This document shows positions 12,701 to 27,700 of a stretch of 64,000 nt of DNA, piece by piece (positions within the stretch are counted from its first letter, which is position 1; every line of letters begins with the position of its first letter). The DNA is from Mytilus californianus. Its lineage: Eukaryota. The position numbers and the translations under genes were made by a program. Location: contig NW_026262667.1 of the NCBI RefSeq assembly GCF_021869535.1, positions 1,612,001 through 1,676,000 on the forward strand, in the 5' to 3' direction. The notes under the pieces were generated by a model that saw nothing but the letters and a program-made list of their open reading frames with translations, was not told the DNA's origin and made no database searches.

Positions 12701-15700
12701 TCCTCTGTAATTTAGGAAGCATACCCCATAACTTATATGACTTGCAAGTTTAAATTCAGAATATGACATGAAATTAGCACAAAGTCGTGATATATCATGT
12801 GTGTCCTTTAACAAATGAATACATGTCTCTGTTTTGTTGAACCTACATCAACAAATAAATTTTGGTAAAAGTCCAGGATTATGTAATTCAGGTTCTGGTG
12901 CACTCAAATTATCCAAAAATAATTACTGACTAACTAATATCTCATAATATGAAAAATCATACTGAATAAAAACTCTAGTATTAGCTTGAACTATTATACT
13001 AACTGTTAGTATAATAGTCCCAGGTATTAACAACAAATAAATAAATGGATGAATTTCAGGTTTTGTTCTCTCACATTTTAACAGGTTGGGGAAGATCCTC
13101 ATAAATGGGTATTATACCCCAAAATAGGTATCATTTCAGTGACAAAAAATATAAACTTTGGATTTCAAGATATTTGTTGTCATGGCACAAACATTCAGAT
13201 AAATGACAACATTTTGCTCAAAGACACCATGACTCAATTATCATATTTCTTTAAAAAGTTGGTTTTTTTTTAATCCATTGTCTTTGTAATTGAACTATGG
13301 TTTTAAGTGGGAAAATGTTACCATCTATATGATTTTTTGCCCCATAACAGCCATTATGTGGTAACACAAAATTCATTATTTAACACTGTAAATTTATACC
13401 CTATTTGGGCTATAATACCCATAAATGGGGATAGTACCTATTTATGAGGATCTTCCCCAACCTATTTAAACCTGTACAGATACTGTCAAATATTTTTTCA
13501 TGGTGATCGATTCACTTGCCAAAAATCAGAAAAATAAAACAGGATGTGCACAATAGATATCAAATATTGTATGAAAGTTTATTTCAAGTGAGTGATATAG
13601 GTGAAGATATGGCAAATTCCATGCTGCAATGGAAAACTGTAAGAACCATATAGACTAAAACAAAATATAATAGGTGCACTATACCATTAGGTACTTTAGA
13701 TTGTCTTCCAATCCAGGCAGTGATTAAATAGGAACTGAGAGAACACAAGATGTTGACTTTTTTTTGTAGATATGATAAGTGCATGTGTTCCTTTGTGTTA
13801 CCCAAAAAAATAATCTGATAAAACAGGTAGAGAGAACCTCTTAAGAGCAGGAATTTTCTCCCATGGAAAAAAATATGCACTTTTATATTTTAATCAAAAT
13901 TTGTCCACAAAAAAAAATGCCACTTTTCATATGCACTTAGTGAAATGAAGACTTAATTTCTATTTCTTCAGTACCAGGATCACATTATCAATTCATATGA
14001 AATTATGGATAAAAAAATTATTTACAAAATGCTTAAAGACAAACTCATTTTGAAATCAAACTATTAAACTGACATGTAAGCAATAGTTCCACATTATTGT
14101 GTGAGGCATAGAAAATAATTCAAGTTGTGTTCTCAATAAATATAAAGTTTTGTAAAAACATGACCAATAATTTTGGACACTTTGATTCAATTCAGAAAAT
14201 TATACCTACATATCAATTTACTAATGAAATCCTAGCTAAATTTTAAACATATTAAAGCTTCATTTTCAGTAACTTTTTACCAGAATTTTGAAATCTGTTA
14301 ATATCAATTTGAGAATGTAAATTTTACTTATGAATAAATGTATATCAATTCTTTGAAATCCTAATGCAAAAAGATCTTTCTCAAAATTAGTGATATTTTA
14401 ATAAAAGAATAGAAAAACACTAGGAATCATTTTTGGACACCTGGAATCAATTTGGAATAGCTTATTTCAAAGCAATTTTGACTGAAATCCTAGGACAGAA
14501 AGATATCTAAATGCAAATTTGTGAATTTTTAACAAAAAATAAGTTATGCAAATTTCCCCCCAGGGCCCTAATTATGACTTTGACAATTCAAGTGTTACCC
14601 ATAAATCTGAAGATCTGTATGTAATCTACATGTATATGCTAAATATATTTTTCTTCCATAAGATTACACATTAGTCATACCATGCATGAATATCTGAAGC
14701 AATTTATCATTTCATGCATTGGCAATTTCCACTTATGACACAAGAATATAAAATAACCTTAAATTACAACCTGTGAAAACAAAACTTACATCTCATTTTT
14801 TTCTGTTTTTGGTACTCCCAAATGAACTATTGGGTATTTTTCAAACTGGTGAAAAAGAAAAGATATTAAAGGTGTTCTTATGGACACTTTCTTTTATTTT
14901 ACTACTCTGAGTGAATTCTTGATTTATTCAAACTATCTTAATGTGAAATCAAATGTCTGAACAAAGATATACAGAGGGTAAAATTTGGAGATGATTAAAC
15001 TTGATGTCTCCCAACATCCTTCATGTTTGAACTGGGAAATTCTACATTAACACTTTGAACTAAAATAAAACTGCATGAGACATTTGAATGATTCAACTGC
15101 ATGTTTAATATAAATAATATACTTACTACTGGGTCTCCATCCAATTCCAATCCATGTTGTAGATTTCACTCTCATAACCATTTCTATTTCATCATTCTAA
15201 AACAAAGCAATAGTCAGCTAAAAGGGATTTTAAAATTATTTGGAGCTGATTTAAACTCTTAAGTGACCACTTGGTTTTTTACGTTTTTTTTTTAATCAAT
15301 GAGGTTTGCTTGAACATTCTGAATTCTTCATTTGTCCAAATTCAATAATGACATTAGATTTCATTGCTGTCCTTATTTTAGCTATCCTGACATCAAGAAA
15401 AAAAAGTAATCATGCTTGAGATCACCCCACAGAAAGAACAAAATATTTTTTTGAAAAAGAAAGTAAAAGTGGCTTACATATAATCTAAAATAACAAGAGA
15501 AACAGATTCCATTATTGCATCTCTAAGGATGCAATATTTCTCCACTCTCAAAACAGTTAAAAGAAAAGATATGATTTGGGATAAATTTGTCCTAAAATCA
15601 AAAATGTTTAAAGCTTTCTGGGAATTTAAGAATTGAATATTGAATGTATGTACTGTAATAGAACACAACTGCCACACAAAAAGGTATTTAAACAGCAACA

Positions 15701-18700
15701 ATTTTATTTGTTTTTATCTATACACAAGCAAAAATCATTTTAGACAACACTTGTGCCCCACTTCAATTCAGCCAAAATGCTCTTTCAATTTATCCCATTT
15801 TTGCTAAAATCAGACAAATATTGTTTGCGACATCGCTTTAAAGATGATGCAGTCAAATTGTGTCATCAAGGCTTGGCTTATATTCACATTTTCTGAAAAG
15901 CCTTTCTGTTGAAGCTTAAAAATGTGATTAGTAATGACATCAGGCAGTGTTTTAATTTCGGTGAATCTACAAGGCAAAAAAAAGCCCCATTATGTACCTT
16001 TAACCTTGCCCTTTGAAATAGTTAAAAATTTAAGATAATGTACCTCACTGAAAGCAGTCTAGCTCTCTCTCTCTCTCAATAGTTTTTCTTGTATACAATA
16101 TTATTTAAAAGAGCAGTCAAAATCACAATTATGAAAAGTTATAAACAATGAATGCTCCACTTGCAACCTAATTGTAAAATGTACATTTCCAGGAAATGTT
16201 AATTGTACATTTCTGAAAATCCATATGAAAGCTGAGGTGTATATATCCTTTTAAGTGAAACTTATATGGGGAAACTCTAAAATTCATTAATTATTTATTA
16301 AATGCCGGGAAAGTCAGTCAACCAAGACAATGGATATTGAGGTATTGATCACCTTAAATAAAATTCTCAGTTCAATTCTGAGAAAATTTGGTCAACTGGA
16401 ACTCAATACCAAAAGTCATCATTATACACTAATGTATAAAGTAAATTAGTAAGGGTTTCCACGGAACATTGTGTCTCGTCTGCGATTGCTGCTGTCAGTG
16501 TAAAAGTGTAATGTTGACTTAAAAAGTGAGTCCATTTATCAGTAAAATACAGAATTTAAAAAAATATTCAAACTTTTTCTTTAGATGCTATTTCATGGTC
16601 TTGAAGATTAGCTCCTGCCCAAGCTTCATAACAATCATTGAAGGTTTACAAATTTATGATGTCAAAAAAGATTAATCCCAGACTGTCTGTAAATGTTAGC
16701 TGTAAAAAATAAGTCCTTCTATCAGAAAATACTGAAAATGAAAAAAAATATATTTTCAAAACTTTGCTTTAGACATTATCTCTTATTCATAAAAAAGCTT
16801 CTGCCAAAGTTTAAGAAAATTCTATGTAGTTTGATAAAGTAATTGATGTGTAACAAAGTTTAACCCCAGACTGAATTTATTTGTAAAAAGTTAAAAAACA
16901 AGAGGCTCTCAAGAGCCTGAATCGCTCATCTGCATTTCAGAGGAGAAGATTTTTAAATGTTAGCAAACTTGATGAACAAATTGTGTAAAATTGTCTTTAA
17001 AGGGCAATAACTCCTTAAGGGGTCAATTGACAATTTTGGTCATATTAACTTTTTTGTAGATCTTACTTTGCTGAACATTATTGCTGCTTACAGTTTATAT
17101 ATATCTATAATAATATTCAAAATAATAACAAAAAACTGCAAAATTTTGTTAAAACTACCAATTCGGTGGCAGCAACACCACCAATGGGTTGTTTGATTCG
17201 TCTGAAAATTTCAGAGCTGATAGATCTTGACCAACTGAACAATTTTACCCTATGTCACATTTGCTCTAAAAGATTTAGTTTTTGAGATATAAGCCAAAAA
17301 CTGCATTTGACCCTTATGTTCTATTTTTAGCCATGGCGGCCATGTTTGTCAATGGATACAAACTTCGGATACAATTTATAAACAAGATACCCTAAGGAAC
17401 ATTTAGTTAAAGTTTGAAGGTAATTGGCCCAGTAGTTTCAGAGGAGAAGATTTTTAAATGTTAGCAAACTTGATGAACAAATTGTGTAAAATTGTCTTTA
17501 AAGGGCAATAACTCCTTAAGGGGTCAATTGACAATTATGGTCATATTAACTTTTTTGTAGATCTTACTTTGCTGAACATTATTGCTGCTTACAGTTTATA
17601 TATATCTATAATAATATTCAAAATAATAACAAAAAACTGCAAAATTTTGTTAAAACTACCAATTCGGTGGCAGCAACCCAACAATGGGTTGTTTGATTCG
17701 TCTGAATTTCAGAGCTGATAGATCTTGACCAACTGAACAATTTTACCCCATGTCAGATTTGATCTAAAAGCGTTAGTTTTTGAGATATAAGCCAAAAACT
17801 GCATTTGACCCCTATGTTCTATTTTTAGCCATGGCGGCCATGTTTGTCGATGGATCAAAACTTCCGATACAATTTATAAACTAGATACCCTAAGGAACAT
17901 TTAGTTTGAAGATATTTGGCCCAGTAGTTTCAGAGGAGAAGATTTTTGAAATAGTTTACGACGACAGACGACGACGACAGACGATGGACGCCAAGTGATG
18001 GCATAAGCTGACATGGGGCCCTTCGGGCCCCGGTGAGCTAAAAACTAAGTCCATTTGTCAGTTAAATACTGAAAAATGAAAATAGATATTTTCAAAATAT
18101 TGCACCGAATACTGTATTTTGGTCATAAATAAGCTTCTGTTCAAATTTCATAAAATTCCATTAAGGCTTGACAAAGTTATTGATGACTGAAAAACTTGAA
18201 CCTCATACTGTATTTACTTGTTAACTATAACTAGAGGCTCGAAAGAGTGTCGCTCATCCTGGTCTATATGCATATTCAACAAAGGACACTCTCCAACATT
18301 GTAGACGAGAATAGAATTAATGACACAAATCTTTGGGTTTTTTTATCTTATATTGCTGATCATTGAAGTCTGTTTAGTTTCTCTCTATCTTATTTAGCTT
18401 TTGCTTCAAACGCAAAAGAGAGGGTAAAAAAAAATCCTAATTTAAGGGCAATAACTACTATAAAGAGTAACAGTCTACTAATTATATCGGCAAAATTTGA
18501 CTTGTTAGTAGGTCTTGTCTTGCTTTTCATTTTTTTTTTTATTATTTAAGTTTCTATCCATCTATTATAATTTTTATCATATAAGGCAAAACGAAAAAAA
18601 AAGGTAAAAATCGCCATTAAAGGTGACAACTCCAATAGGAGTCGTCAGACAATTTCTACCATTTGTCTTAATAGTAGATCTTGTCTTGCTGGTCATTTTT

Positions 18701-21700
18701 GTTTATTTAAATTTCTTTCTATCTATTATAAGTTTTAAAATATAAGACAAAAACGCAAAAAAATTGTACAAATCATCATCAAATGGCAATAACTCTAATA
18801 AGGAGTCAACTGACGATTTCAACCATAAGACTTATTTGTACAACTTGTCCTTTTGATCATTTTGCAATTTAAAGTTTCTCTTTATCCATTATAGTTATCA
18901 AGATAATAGGCAAAAATAAAAAAAAAGTGGTAAAATTTGTCATTTAAGGGCAATAACTCCTAAAGGAAATCGTCTGACAGTTTTGACGTATACGGACAAT
19001 TGGTAGAGCTCAACATTCTGAACAATTTTACCCTTTTCAGATTTCCTCTAATTATAACTGTTATCAGAATAATAGACAAAACTTGCATTTTACCCCATAT
19101 GTTCTATTTTTAGCCATGTCGCCATCTTTGTTGGCAGGACACATTTTCTAAACTAAATACCTAATGATGATTGTGGCCAAGTTTGATTTTATTTGGCCCA
19201 GTAGTTTCAGAGGAGAAGATTTTTGATTACGAAAAATTGTTAAAAGTTTACTATAAAGGGCAATTACTCTTTAAGGGGTCAATTGACAATTTTGGTCATG
19301 TTAACTTATTTGTAGATCTTACTTTGCTGAACATTATTGCTGTTTACAGTTTATCTCTATCTATAATAATATTCAAGGTAATTACCAAAAACTGCAAAAT
19401 TTCCTTAAAATTACCAATTCAGGGGCAGCAACTGAATCCAACAACGGGTTGTCTGATTCGTCCGAAAATTTCAGGGCAGATAGATCTTAACCTGATGAAC
19501 ATTTTTACCTCTGTCAGATTTGCTCTTAATGCTTTAGTTTCAGAGATATAAGCCAAAAACTGCATTTCACCCCTATGTTCTATTTTAAGCCATGTCGGCC
19601 ATGTTGGTTGGCAGGCGGGGTCATTGAACATATTTTTTAAACTAAATATCCTAATTATGATTGTGGCCAAGTTTGATTCTATTTGGCCAAGTAGTTTCAG
19701 AGGAGAAGATTTTTGTAAAAGTTAACGACGGACGACGACAGACGACGGACGACAAGTGATGAGAAAAGCTCACTTGGCCCTGTGGGCCAGGTGAGCTAAA
19801 AAACTAAGTCCATGTATCAGTAAAACACGGAAAAATGAAAAAAATATTTTCAAAATTTTGCCCTGGATACTGTATTTTGGTCATAAACAAGTTTCTGTCC
19901 AAATTTCATAAAATTCCATGTAGGTTTGACAAAGTTATTGAAGTCTTAAAAAACTTTAACCACAGACTGAACCTAAATGTTGACGAAGCCGACGACGGAA
20001 TTGAGGATCACTATGTCTCCCTTCTGCGAAATATTTGACAAAAATCAGCTCAAGATTTTCTGGCATTTTGGAACAAAAATAGATTGGGTTAAGCCTTACG
20101 GTACATTTTTGATAGCTCATAATTCTTGTGTAGAATCTGATTAACATTAAACCACATTTGAACATTTCGTATACGTTGTATCTTGGAGTATTTGGTAGTA
20201 AAGTTAAATTGTGATATGATATCTGCCTTACATTGAAATTAATAAATCTGAAATGTAACAAAACTTCTTCTTTAACTACAGAAGCATAATTTCATGGTCA
20301 AACTATCCTTTATACATACACAAGGTAGATCATTGTTTTGTTCACAGTATTCAAATGAATCCACCTTGAACATGAAGTTTATCCTTGATTGCAGGATCAG
20401 TCACACTATCAATCCAACCTCTACTTTGGATAGTTTATACCTTGATAAATTCTCTGGTGAAGTAACATTATGCTTTCATAAGTTTTTTACCCAAAACTTA
20501 AAATTAACAAGTCAATCGCTGTCCGTCATACAATGACATTTTGTTGTTCAGTGAACAGGGAAACCTTAATCTAAATCATTATTTTGGATATATTCTAAAA
20601 AGTTTACATCATAATAAGCTTGTAAACTAAGTATCATGTTGATGTAACTACCTTAAACAGATTCTTTAATTTGATAATGGGAAGAAAGAACAGACAGAGG
20701 GACAGAAAAGTGGTAGACTATCATATGGACAGAGGCACAGACAGGAAAACAATATACCTCTTCTATTATAAGTTGGGCAGAAAAATCTAAACTGCCAAAG
20801 AAATTAAGATAAAATGGACAGTTTTAAGGTATTCTGTATATCATTGTAATGTTCAATTGTGAACCTACTTCTTTGCTGTTTCCTTCAATATCTACATTTA
20901 TATATATATATATTACTTGTTCACCACATTTTACAGTAATGTTATTGAATTTCAAAAAACAAAGAATAAATGACAATGTATTTTACATAATTTTAAATTT
21001 TATACGCTAACATCAATTATTTTGTACTTACTGGAAGAATTTTATGGAAGAGATTGAATTCTGGTGAAAGCTCTGTCTTTTTATAACTTGAAAAATCTGT
21101 AATCTTCTCAGCAACAGCAGATCCTGAAAAAGAGGTATCATTTGATATAAAAAGAAGAATTTAATTAGTCATTTTCTAAATCTTTAATTGACTCTGAAAT
21201 TAGTTTGATGTAAAGAAGTAGAGATGACTTACTGCAATATTGGTCTATGAATAGAAATAATTATTGTCCAACTAAATTACATGTGATATTTGGTTTGCAT
21301 AATATGGTATTCAAACTTCACACAAACTTGTATTCCAGTACGAGTATAATGATATTATATAAAAGCTATAAATATCATCCTATATATGTATGACATATTT
21401 GCCATTGGACATGAAGCAAACAAAATCAACTACTGATTTACTTCTTGCCAACGCTCTGTGTTGCATCAAACCAGGACTTATCAGCCTTAAAGAATGTTCT
21501 CTTTAAAGCAATTTTAGAGTCTATCAAGGATTTACAAAATTACTTTAAAAAGAAAAAGTAATTTGTTTAGTTAAAACATAGATGCCAGTAACATACAAAC
21601 ATAGATACCAGTAACATACAAACATAGATACCAGTAACATACAAACATATCTAAAATATTAAAAGTTGAGAGAATCTGAGATGAAGGCAAATTTCATTGG

Positions 21701-24700
21701 TTGCAAGATAGTAATAAATTTCAGAGAATTTGGTAACAGAAAACTGTGCAAGACAAACAAGAAATTGTCTATTTTTCAGGTAAAAGTTTCATAACTTTGG
21801 AATGACAATTAGAAAAATCATCACAATTTGTAGGAATGTTTTCTTTATGGAACAAACCATTGAGTAAATACTGAGTAAACATCCAATAAAATTAACAAGT
21901 TATCATGAGATGTACCCGGAAATATCATTGAGTAGATACTGAGTAAACATCCAATAAAGTTAACTAGTTATCATGAGATGTACCCGGAAATATCATTGAG
22001 TAAATACTGAGTAAACATCCAATAAGTTAAGTTAACGAGTTATCATGAGATGTACCTGGAAATATCATTGAGTAGATACTGAGTAAACATCCAATAAAGT
22101 TAATGAGTTATCATGAGATGTACCTGGAAATATCATTGAGTAGATACTGAGTAAACATCCAATAAAGTTAACGAGTTATCATGAGATGTACCTGGAAATA
22201 TCATTGAGTAGATACTGAGTAAACATCCAATAAAGAGAACTAGTTATAATGTGATGTTCCGGAAATATCATTGAGTAGATACTGAGTAAACATCCAATAA
22301 AGTTAATGAGTTATCATGAGATGTACCTGGAAATATCATTGAGTAAATACTGAGTAAACATCCAATAAAGTTAACGAGTTATCATGAGATGAACCTGGAA
22401 ATATCATTGAGTAGATACTGAGTAAACATTCAATAAAGTTAATAAATTATCATGAGATGTACCTGGAAATATCATTGAGTAGATACTGAGTAAACATTCA
22501 ATAAAGTTAATGAGTTATCATGAGATGTACCTGGAAATATCATTAAGTAAATACTGAGTAAACATCCAATAAAGTTAACGAGTTATCATGATATGAACCT
22601 GGAAATATCATTGAGTAGATACTGAGTAAACATCCAATAAAGAGAACTAGTTATTATGAGATGTTCCGGAAATATCATTGAGTAGATACTGAGTAAACAT
22701 CCAATAAAGTTAACGAGTTATTATGAGATGTCCCCTGAAATATCATTGAGTAGATACTGAGTAAACACCCAATAAAGTTAACAAGTTATCATGAGATGTA
22801 CCTGGAAATATCATTGAGTAGACACTGATCAAACATCCAATAAAGTTAATGAGTTATCATGAGATGTCCCTGGAAATATCATTGAGTAGATACTGAGTAA
22901 ACATCCAATAAAGTTAACGAGTTATTATGAGATGTCCCAGGAAATATCATTGAGTAGATACTGATTAAACATCCAATAAAGTTAACGAGTTATTATGAGA
23001 TGTACCCAGAAATACTATTGAGTAGATACTGAGTAAACACCCAATAAAGTTAACAAGTTATCATGAGATGTACCTGGAAATATCATTGAGTAGATACTGA
23101 GTAAACATCCAATAAAGTTAACGAGTTATCATGAGATGTACCTGGAAATATCATTGAGTAGATACTGAGTAAACATCCAATAAAGAGAACTAGTTATTAT
23201 GTGATGTTCCGGAAATATCATTGAGTAGATACTGAGTAAACATCCAATAAAGTTAATGAGTTATCATGAGATGTACCTGGAAATATCATTGAGTAAATAC
23301 TGAGTAAACATCCAATAAAGTTAAAGAGTTATCATGAGATGAACCTGGAAATATCATTGAGTAGATACTGAGTAAACATTCAATAAAGTTAATAAGTTAT
23401 CATGAGATGTACCTGGAAATATCATTGAGTAGATACTGAGTAAACATTCAATAAAGTTAATGAGTTATCATGAGATGTACCTGGAAATATCATTGAGTAA
23501 ATACTGAGTAAACATCCAATAAAGTTAACGAGTTATCATGAGATGAACCTGGAAATATCATTGAGTAGATACTGAGTAAACATCCAATAAAGAGAACTAG
23601 TTATTATGAGATGTTCCGGAAATATCATTGAGTAGATACTGAGTAAACATCCAATAAAGTTAACAAGTTATCATGAGATGTACCCTGAAATATCATTGAG
23701 TAGATACTGATTAAACATCCAATAAAGTTAATGAGTTATCATGAGATGTCCCTGGAAATATCATTGAGTAGATACTGATCAAACATCCAATAAAGTTAAT
23801 GAGTTATCATGAGATGTCCCTGGAAATATCATTGAGTAGATACTGAGTAAACATCCAATAAAGTTAACGAGTTATCATGAGATGAACCTGGAAATATCAT
23901 TGAGTAGATACTGAGTAAACATCCAATAAAGAGAACTAGTTATTATGAGATGTTCCGGAAATATCATTGAGTAGATACTGAGTAAACATCCAATAAAGTT
24001 AACAAGTTATCATGAGATGTACCCTGAAATATCATTGAGTAGATACTGATTAAACATCCAATAAAGTTAATGAGTTATCATGAGATGTCCCTGGAAATAT
24101 CATTGAGTAGATACTGATCAAACATCCAATAAAGTTAATGAGTTATCATGAGATGTCCCTGGAAATATCATTGAGTAGATACTGAGTAAACATCCAATAA
24201 AGTTAACGAGTTATTATGAGATGAACCTGGAAATATCATTGAGTAGATACTGATTAAACATCCAATAAAGTAAACGAGTTATCATGAGATGTACCTGGAA
24301 ATATCATTGAGTAGATACTGAATTAACATCCAATAAAGTTAACGAGTTATATTGAGATGTACCTGGCAATATCATTGAGTAGATACTGAGTAAACATTCA
24401 ATAAAGTTAACGAGTTATCATGAGATGTACCCAGAAATATCATTGAGAAGATACTGAGTAAACATCCAATAAAGTTAACGAGTTATGAGATGTACCCGGA
24501 AATACTATTGAGTAGATACTGAGTAAACACCCAATAAAGTTAACAAGTTATTATGAGAAATATCAATATTAACGATTAAAGTCTTTAAATTAGATAATTG
24601 ATTTTGTATCTACATGATCTGTGTCAAATGTGTAAGAAATAGGTGAAATATTGGAGTTAAATTTAATTGTGATTTTTAAAAATTTGTTCCCCTGGACAAA

Positions 24701-27700
24701 TGCAGAATGTTCTAACACAGGGCTCTCTAAGTCTGCTTCCCTGGGTTGCTTAGGATATTGTATAAAAGAGGAAATTTGAATAAAAAGATTTAAAATTAAG
24801 TGACTCTGGAACAATTAATCGGAGGCTCATTAATATACATAAACTGTTGACACAGAGGTATGTATTGCCTATCGGCAGAAAATTCAGAAAAAGACAATCT
24901 GATGGACAGCAACATTGCTAATTAATTCGAAGTTGCTGGACCACGACCTCGGGGGGCAGGGCCTGGAAATAGTCCCGATAGTAATGCAACTTCATAGAAA
25001 ATATCATTGATGTATCACAAGTAGTTCCTATCAAACTAACTTAAGCAGAAAACTTAGCATTGAAAATTGCTTATTATTGAAAGTCACTGGACTGTGACCT
25101 AAGAATCAGGACATCGAAATAGTTGTCAAACTGATAAATACTGATAGTAATGCAACTTTATAGAAAACGTCACTGTTCCTATCAAACTGACTTAAGCAGA
25201 AAACTTAACAATTTTTGACGCCGTAACCTTGGCCCCCACATGAAAAGCAACACCTAATATGTCTCGCCTCCTGCGACTTTCGTTGCAGACAAAACAATAA
25301 GTGCTTGTCACGATCAATGTGTAAAAGTTTGTTAAGACTCAACAAAGCAAAGAAAAGACCGACAAGGGTATACCATAAAAGGTCCATGATAGAAGGAAAA
25401 TAAAATATAATTTTTGTATATCCTACTTTGGTGTGATCAATAACCTAAAAACTGATGTGAGATGTTAATCTGAAATTTTGGGAGTAAATAGCATAAGTAA
25501 ATTTAACCTGTTAAAGTACACTGATTTCCTAAATAAGTTATATAGTTTGTCCACTGACCTCTTTTTACATGGATATCAATCTACTCACTATTGTGCACTA
25601 ATAAAGATCATCCCTTAATTTATATTGTTTGACAGGGCACAGCTGAAATGCTAAACGTAAGGCATAATGTGAAATCAGCCTTTGAGAAGTTATCAACTAA
25701 ACTTACTATGCTGACAATGTCTGCCGTGCCATCCTCTATCACAGAAACACTGTTGTCTGGGATAAAATGTTGTGTCCAGTTGAGTACAAACTCCATGGTT
25801 GTGACAGTCTTCATTGGTCAAACAATCCTCTATAAATAATAATAACTAGACTTTAACGGTGCATAACCTAAAACTTTCACAAAATGTTATAGGGTAGTGT
25901 CCCTATCACATCGCCATGTTCAGTTTACCACAAAATCTGGGTTCAGAACCTCAATTGATATATATCATGAAAAATTCACACCATACATGATAATGAACAT
26001 AAGTACTAAGTTTCAAATTGATGTTAGTACAATTTCATAGTAAACTACCTTTATCAATGAAAGAACCTTTGTGAGCAGGCTCACATACCCCAGGCCCCAC
26101 ATTGTCACTGGGCAAATGTAACTGGGCAAACAAAATCTCACCAGATTCCTAAACCCATAATTCCTACAATAGTCAACTGATAAAAATTCTTGTGGATATG
26201 CACATCTGCATATTATGTCCTTACTATCTACAAAGTTAAATGAAATTCTATTGTTTGGTTTCAGAAAAATTGCACTGACAAATTGTTGCGGTAGTACATG
26301 ATGGTCAAGTTCAAAGGGGCATTACTCGTAGATAAACCAATGAATTATAATTTCCTGTTCTATCACTCATCTACATAATATGTTCTTATTACATATAAAG
26401 TTTTATGAAATTTTGATGAGTGGTTTCAGAGGAGTTGCAATGACAGCCTGTTGCAATAGTATATTTATGCCAAAATTCTAAGTTCAAAGGGCATAACTCC
26501 TAGAAAAAACAATTAATCATAATTTCCTGTCAATATGCACATCTACATAGTATGTCCTTATTATCTACAATGTTTCATGAAATTCTGTATTGTAGTTTCA
26601 GAGTTGAGATGACAAGAACAGGACTGATGGACATACTGAGGGAAGGGTCAAAAACATTATACCCTACACAACAACGTGGGATAATAATTTAACCTAACTT
26701 AAACCATAACTTTGATCTTAACAGTAAACCGTAAAATCTGGGTAAAACCCTAATTTGGCATAGATTTAAAAAAGTTCACATTAATGAATATTTGTACAAA
26801 GTTTCAAATTGATATGACTACAAGTTCATGGTAATAAGATAATGTTAAACCAAAGAGTAACCGGATACAGGAGAGATATGGTGGAAAGGACAGAAATAAT
26901 AACCTCCCTCACTTCTATCCTAGGCAGGCCATAAAAAAGGATTTTGACGCTTTTCTTCACTTCAGTATCATCCATTTACTCAGAACAATTCATTTTGTAA
27001 AAATAATCTGACATGACCTGGTTGTATAACAAAGTTTGATGGCTTATATACATGTAATATTATAATGAGGTTGTACACATCTATTGTCCTGACTTTAACC
27101 AGGGAAAATCAATGAAGTAAGCCAAGATGTGTTGCTGGCTAAAGTATAATTTATGTTTATTTTTAAAGTATAACTTTTTTTGGTGAAGCACCCTCAAATT
27201 TGACCAAGTTTGGGGTTTACTACAAGCCAACATACGAGTTGTATAATATTAATAAGTATATTCCTAACATAATGAATCTCACATTCCTCCATGTATACTG
27301 TGTATACTTTTTACCCTAAAATCTGGGCAATAGTGAAAATATACTGCATGTATTACCAACATTGAAACCAGGCCAAAAGGGCTTTTTATTTTCATTCAGT
27401 CATAAAGATTTAAACAATTTGTCAACACATTGATTCAAACTTTGTAGGACATTGATTTAGGTATAAAATGACATCAACAAAAACAAAACAAAAAGTTTTA
27501 ATAAAATATACACAATGAATCTGTATTTTTCATTAAAAACAAAGTTGAAAGCTGAATGTGACACAAAGTAGCATAATAAAAAGTATTTAAATAACAAGAC
27601 AACTAGTTGGTAAAAAACTACTGACCTTTAAAAGTACACTGTTTTCCAGAGTAAGTCCTATTACACATACACATACTACCCATGTCAGTATGACTACCAC

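Larger units (their letters stand above)
16442..20044 (+). mobile_element. Family C-type pearl/HINE-like host element carrying two nested family A insertions
   Basis: 5' end GTAAGGGTTTCCACGGAAC…TGTCTCG and 3' end GGATCACTATGTCTC…GACAAAAA match the reverse complement of the 40865 and 53613 copies; core repeats continue on both sides of each insertion. Confidence 0.7.

Noticed and set aside
12840-12920. APEPE-containing stretch resembling the linker exon
   Set aside because: Short, ends in a stop, and has no convincing splice sites.
14790-14845. Candidate extra minus-strand exon FEKYPIVHLGVPKTEKNE with good splice sites
   Set aside because: Open only as phase 0 to 2, whereas the host intron is phase 1; inclusion breaks the frame, and exons 8 and 9 already join sensibly.
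21858-24564. Regular array as a possible CRISPR
   Set aside because: Monomers are contiguous with no unique spacers, there are no cas genes, and the context is a eukaryotic intron.
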